From: Macrostomum lignano
Taxonomy: Eukaryota
Length of the DNA stretch: 64,000 bases
Direction of reading: 5' to 3'
NCBI GenBank assembly: GCA_002269645.1
Contig: NIVC01003396.1
Location: 2,419-66,418, forward strand
Shown here: piece by piece, positions 59,933-64,000 of the stretch
How the letters are laid out: every line of letters starts with the position of its first letter
How positions within the stretch are numbered: the first letter of the stretch is position 1
Position numbers and translations under genes: made by a program
Notes under the pieces: generated by a model
What the model saw: the letters and a program-made list of their open reading frames with translations, nothing else
Told to the model about the DNA's origin: nothing
The model's database searches: none

Positions 59933-61009
59933 TACCGTTCTATTCATTTGGCATTATATCTACCGTCCTATCCTACCCTTTCAAAAAGCACTCTATTCGA
60001 CTGTTGTAAAAGAAATCCTGCACTAATGATAGATTGTGTATTTTGGTTTTGGAGGTAGACAATGATTAATTTCAATGTCTTCCTAATGAAACAAAACTTT
60101 GAACAACCCGGGTAAAAATCATCATTTTAAGTTCAGCTGATCCGAAATAGCAATTTGAAGTATAGCTTCAAAACAAGCAAGTGAGCCTTAAAATAATTCT
60201 GCAATATTTCAGTGTGCTACGTCCAGAAACAAAGACACTTCTAGTGGTTCTTAGAAAATACATTTACTTACATTAGATATAACGGACACCACCGCTATAA
60301 CGTCAAGCAGGCTGGACCACATGCCAATGCCTTGGAACTGCAAAGACAGCGGTCGGCGAGTATCCTCAATCAGTCGTTTGGCAATGATTCGAAGGGCGAG
60401 GATATTGTTGAGAAGGGCGAACAGCGGAGCCAGTGGAAAAGCGGCTACAAAAATGGTTGCAAAACCAAATTACAGCACCAGCTGCAAAAAGTCGTTCCAC
60501 AAGCCTTCGAAACTTAACAGGCAGTAGTCCGCCTCCCACGGTTTCAACTTTTGTCCGTTCAATAGCGTCGTTGAAAAACCGGTACGAATGCCTTGTATAT
60601 AGATCTTAATTCTTCTGCAGATGAACAAGGTGATTATGTATACTCGTAGCATGGGGTTATAGATCATAGCAAAGATACTAAAATCGACAAAATGACCAAC
60701 TTACGGCAGGATTAGATCAATGCAATTGCTGAGCGCCTGTCTGCCTATCATAATAATAGCAAGGGTGAGCGTCAGATCTAATAAACAGCCACCTTCATCG
60801 CACTCCTCTGGCCGGTAGCCAAGCAGGGAGTTGTAGTGTCCTGGGTAGCCGGAAAATCTAAAATTGGTGGCATTCGAGGCAGCGTTGCGATGGTAACTTG
60901 AGAAATTTCGGTTTTTGACGATGAACTCGAGGTTCGATAGGAGTATCGTGTAGCATTAATTTTGAGTAGCTATTTACAAGCGTATGATCAAGTTAACATA
61001 AGGAGAGGA

Positions 61010-61195
61010 AAGATGAGGGAGAAGAGAGGAGAGATGAAAAGAGGGAGATGAGAGAGGAGAGAGGAGAGAGGAGAGAGGAGAGAGGAGAGAGGAGAGATGA
61101 GAAAGGAGAGAGGAGAGAGGAGAAAGGAGAGGGGAGAGAGGAGAGAGGAGAGATGAGAAAGGAGAGAGGAGAGAGGAGAGAGGAGATTCGACTAG
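61010..61195. repeat. Purine-rich (GAGAG)n low-complexity tract
   Basis: Anoctamin C intron. Confidence 0.9.
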
Positions 61196-62034
61196 AGAGC
61201 TGAGAAGAGACGCACACCTTAAGCGGGCCGGATTGCTATTGTGAAGTTTGAAAGGACCTCCGGGGGGGGGGGGCGGAGGTCGCCATCCCCTGCTGTAATA
61301 AATGGGGACAGCTGGGCAAACCAATGAGAAAGGATTCGAACTGATTAGAATTCGTTATCATCATCAGACTAACCTGCCTTTGAAGAACGCAATATAGAAT
61401 ATTGACGAATAATAGTTCCAAATCTCAAAGATAAATATCTTCATTGTAACCTGATCGTCAAATTCCCATTGCGTTTTGTGCGCCTCTGAAATCGGATTAA
61501 CAAATTCAATTCAAAAATTGAATTAGTATATCTTTTGAAAATTATACATCACGATTCGAGGCCGTTGCTTGCCCCATTCTGTCAGTCGGTAGGCCAGCTG
61601 CTTGTACAAAACTTCCAGGGCCAGCATCAGCAGCAGATGCAGCAGAGCGCCCAAGGCGTTAGCGACTGCCCGAGCTGTCGTGAGTAGCGCCGGCACGCGA
61701 ATCAGGTACACAATGACGCTCGATTGAAAAGTGATTACGAACAGGATGAAGACGATCACTATGGCGAGCTGAAGTTGAATTTCGATAGAATAATATTAGC
61801 CTTCCTTTTTCCTGTTGAGATTGGCCTTGTTTTAAATTCCCACATGCCTCTCGCTCGTTCTGATGCAAACCGCATAAATCTCAAGTTTTCATAGGTTTCC
61901 GTTAAAAATGTCTGTCTGCTTAAAGTAACTTAAACTATGGAACCTTTTTTGCCAGCGGATTTGGCGCCCCCCCCCCCTGCACAACAGCTGGGGCGCCCCT
62001 GCCTTGGCGCGGTCCCCTAACATGTAATTTGGCG

Positions 62035-62450
62035 TTGGTGCTGGCGCCCCTGGTGCTGGCGCCCTGGTGCTGGCGCCCCTGGTGCTGGCGCCCCTGGTGC
62101 TGGCGCCCCTGGTGCTGGCGCCCCTGGTGCTGGCGCCCCTGGTGCTGGCGCCCCTGGTGCTGGCGCCCCTGGTGCTGGCGCCCCTGGTGCTGGCGCCCCT
62201 GGTGCTGGCGCCCCTGGTGCTGGCGCCCCTGGTGCTGGCGCCCCTGGTGCTGGCGCCCCTGGTGCTGGCGCCCCTGGTGCTGGCGCCCCTGGTGCTGGCG
62301 CCCCTGGTGCTGGCGCCCCTGGTGCTGGCGCCCCTGGTGCTGGCGCCCCTGGTGCTGGCGCCCCTGGTGCTGGCGCCCCTGGTGCTGGCGCTCCTGGTGC
62401 TGGCGCTCCTGGTGCTGGCGCCCCTGGTGCTAAAGCTCCTGGTGCTGGAG
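62035..62450. repeat. 15-bp minisatellite (GGTGCTGGCGCCCCT)n
   Basis: Anoctamin C intron; shares the GGCGCCCCT core with the 20-bp arrays. Confidence 0.97.
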
Positions 62451-62774
62451 CCTCGGGTACTAAATAAGCAACCAGAAAAAGCCTACCATAAAAAGCAGAC
62501 AAATGTAGCTGCAAATAATTCTAGGCAGTCGTCGAGTGGAAGGAAAATGCGGCTCAATGATGCCAGTGATGGGGTTCCGTCTGTGCTGGTCGCATCGCGC
62601 GGCGAAGCCGGGCCGGGGCCGGCTGATCTCAACACGATAGTTGCTCACGCCCCAGCGATGGCGAGAGTGGCGGTGCGACGCTTCCAGAACTCCAGGAAGA
62701 TCAGAGCTGATTGAGTTTAAGTATAGAATTAATTTAATACCGGTTTAATTCTCATTTACTTCGCTGCAGTCTAA

Positions 62775-63180
62775 TGTCACTGACAGTCAAATGTCACTGA
62801 CAGTCAAATGTCACTGACAGTCAAATGTCACTGATAGTCAAATATCACTGATAGTCAAATGTCACTGACAGTCAAATGTCACTGATAGTCAAATGTCACT
62901 GACAGTCAAATATCACTGATAGTCAAATATCACTGATAGTCAAATGTCACTGACAGTCAAATGTCACTGATAGTCAAATGTCACTGACAGTCAAATATCA
63001 CTGATAGTCAAATATCACTGATAGTCAAATGTCACTGACAGTCAAATGTCACTGATAGTCAAATGTCACTGACAGTCAAATATCACTGATAGTCAAATAT
63101 CACTGATAGTCAAATGTCACTGACAGTCAAATGTCACTGATAGTCAAATGTCACTGACAGTCAAATGTCACTGACAGTCA
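62775..63180. repeat. 17-bp minisatellite (TCACTGACAGTCAAATG)n
   Basis: Anoctamin C intron. Confidence 0.96.
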
Positions 63181-64000
63181 AATTTCGTTGACCCTCACAC
63201 TTTAGTGCCAATAATCTGTTACTCGTAAGTCGTATTTACAATTGATCGCCCAGTATTTATATCAAACCACTAAGTCTTTGTTGAAGCGTTTGTTACATGT
63301 AAGTCCATCGATTTAAGGCTAATAAAATAACGTTTGAGCTCACACCAGATCGACATGAAGACAGCGTAAAACACGGTGCCATAATTGTCGAAAACGGCCG
63401 CCAACTTCAGTTTCCAGCAGATGTCGCTCAAATACCAAAACGGGCAGCCGTCGGCCTCGTCGCAGAATGGGCACATTTTGAATTCCTTTCCAGCCTTGCA
63501 GGTGTCCCGGCTGCAATTGGAAAAATCGTTAAACAAATGCGAACTACGCGAGCTATTATCGAGTTTTATGCAAACAGCAAATCACCTCACTTGGCAGCAT
63601 TGAATGGCAGCGATGCCAGACCGTAAACAAAAACGAAGACACCAACTAGGGTAGCCGGGGCAAGCCAAGTTGTGTAGAAACCTTGAAAATTAGATTAACA
63701 GTAGGAACACCAAGCCATTTTTCCGCCCGTCGAACTACCAAGGGGGGGGGAATTCCCCCCCTGACAATTTTTTTGCTGCGCCGGAACGGAGCAACGCAGG
63801 CACACGAAATTCAAGAACACGGGCTAACTTTTTGTTGCGCACCTTCTCAAACAAGAATCAAGTCGCCAGCCCTTCGGACCGTCGAGATATTCGACGATTC
63901 TGCCAGAAGTCGGATTTTTCCCATAAGCGCCAGTGTATTCAGTTCACCCCTGTGCGCCAATCAGCACTGCGCCTCAGTGCAGCCCTGCCAAGTCTCCAAA

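Larger units (their letters stand above)
58350..63681 (-). pseudogene. ANO: Anoctamin/TMEM16 copy C, 5'-partial (earlier exons beyond 64000); as assembled has a frameshift and a premature stop; Ca2+ site degenerate
   Basis: Exons: 63591-63681, 63344-63510, 62487-62706, 61573-61768, 61374-61485, 60705-60857, 60272-60614, 59061-59285, 58350-58703. Lengths 91/167/220/196/112/153/343 match copy A (91/167/221/196/112/153/343) except for a 1-bp loss near 62660. In-frame TAA at 60470-60472 replaces the Q of QFGF. Two donors are GC. Pseudogene versus assembly error cannot be settled from sequence alone. Confidence 0.8.

Noticed and set aside
60470-60472. TAA at a conserved Gln as a sign of a TAA/TAG=Gln genetic code or readthrough
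   Set aside because: TAA ends copy B and TAG ends copy A at homologous C-terminal positions, and no other exon has in-frame TAR. The following TTT is a poor readthrough context.
62067-62714. 215-aa + strand ORF (LAPLV repeats plus unique tail)
   Set aside because: It is a repeat translation joined to the antisense of an anoctamin C exon.
63745-63765. Perfect palindrome GGGGGGGGAATTCCCCCCC
   Set aside because: Such G/C-run palindromes are common inside MITE fragments; no termini could be defined within the window.

Overview
Animal genomic DNA, not prokaryotic. It has spliceosomal introns, and roughly 40% (my tally, ~26 kb) is minisatellite or microsatellite. The repeat landscape recalls a flatworm such as Macrostomum, but that is only an inference. 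Most long ORFs in the supplied track are translated tandem repeats, not genes. Hand-splicing gives five genes. (1) A + strand LRR/Ig-like single-pass receptor (779-10290, 3 exons, ~570 aa). (2) A + strand cation-type Cys-loop (nAChR-like) subunit lacking the loop-C vicinal cysteines (30555-33276, 3 exons, ~430 aa). (3-5) A head-to-tail array of three anoctamin/TMEM16 paralogs on the - strand with identical intron positions: copy A 35544-44007 (16 exons, 1024 aa, intact), copy B 46601-57464 (16 exons, 976 aa, intact) and copy C 58350->63681 (5' end outside the window). The three paralogs differ at known TMEM16 functional sites. Copy C has lost three of the five acidic Ca2+ ligands and, as assembled, carries a 1-bp frameshift and an in-frame TAA. 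All three have Glu at the pore position that is Lys in TMEM16A and Gln in TMEM16F. Copy B has lost the TM6 Gly-Lys hinge. Also present: an RNase H-bearing non-LTR retrotransposon relic, a tRNA-derived SINE family, two non-autonomous DNA-element families (one carrying minisatellites), and inverted microsatellites bracketing one exon.
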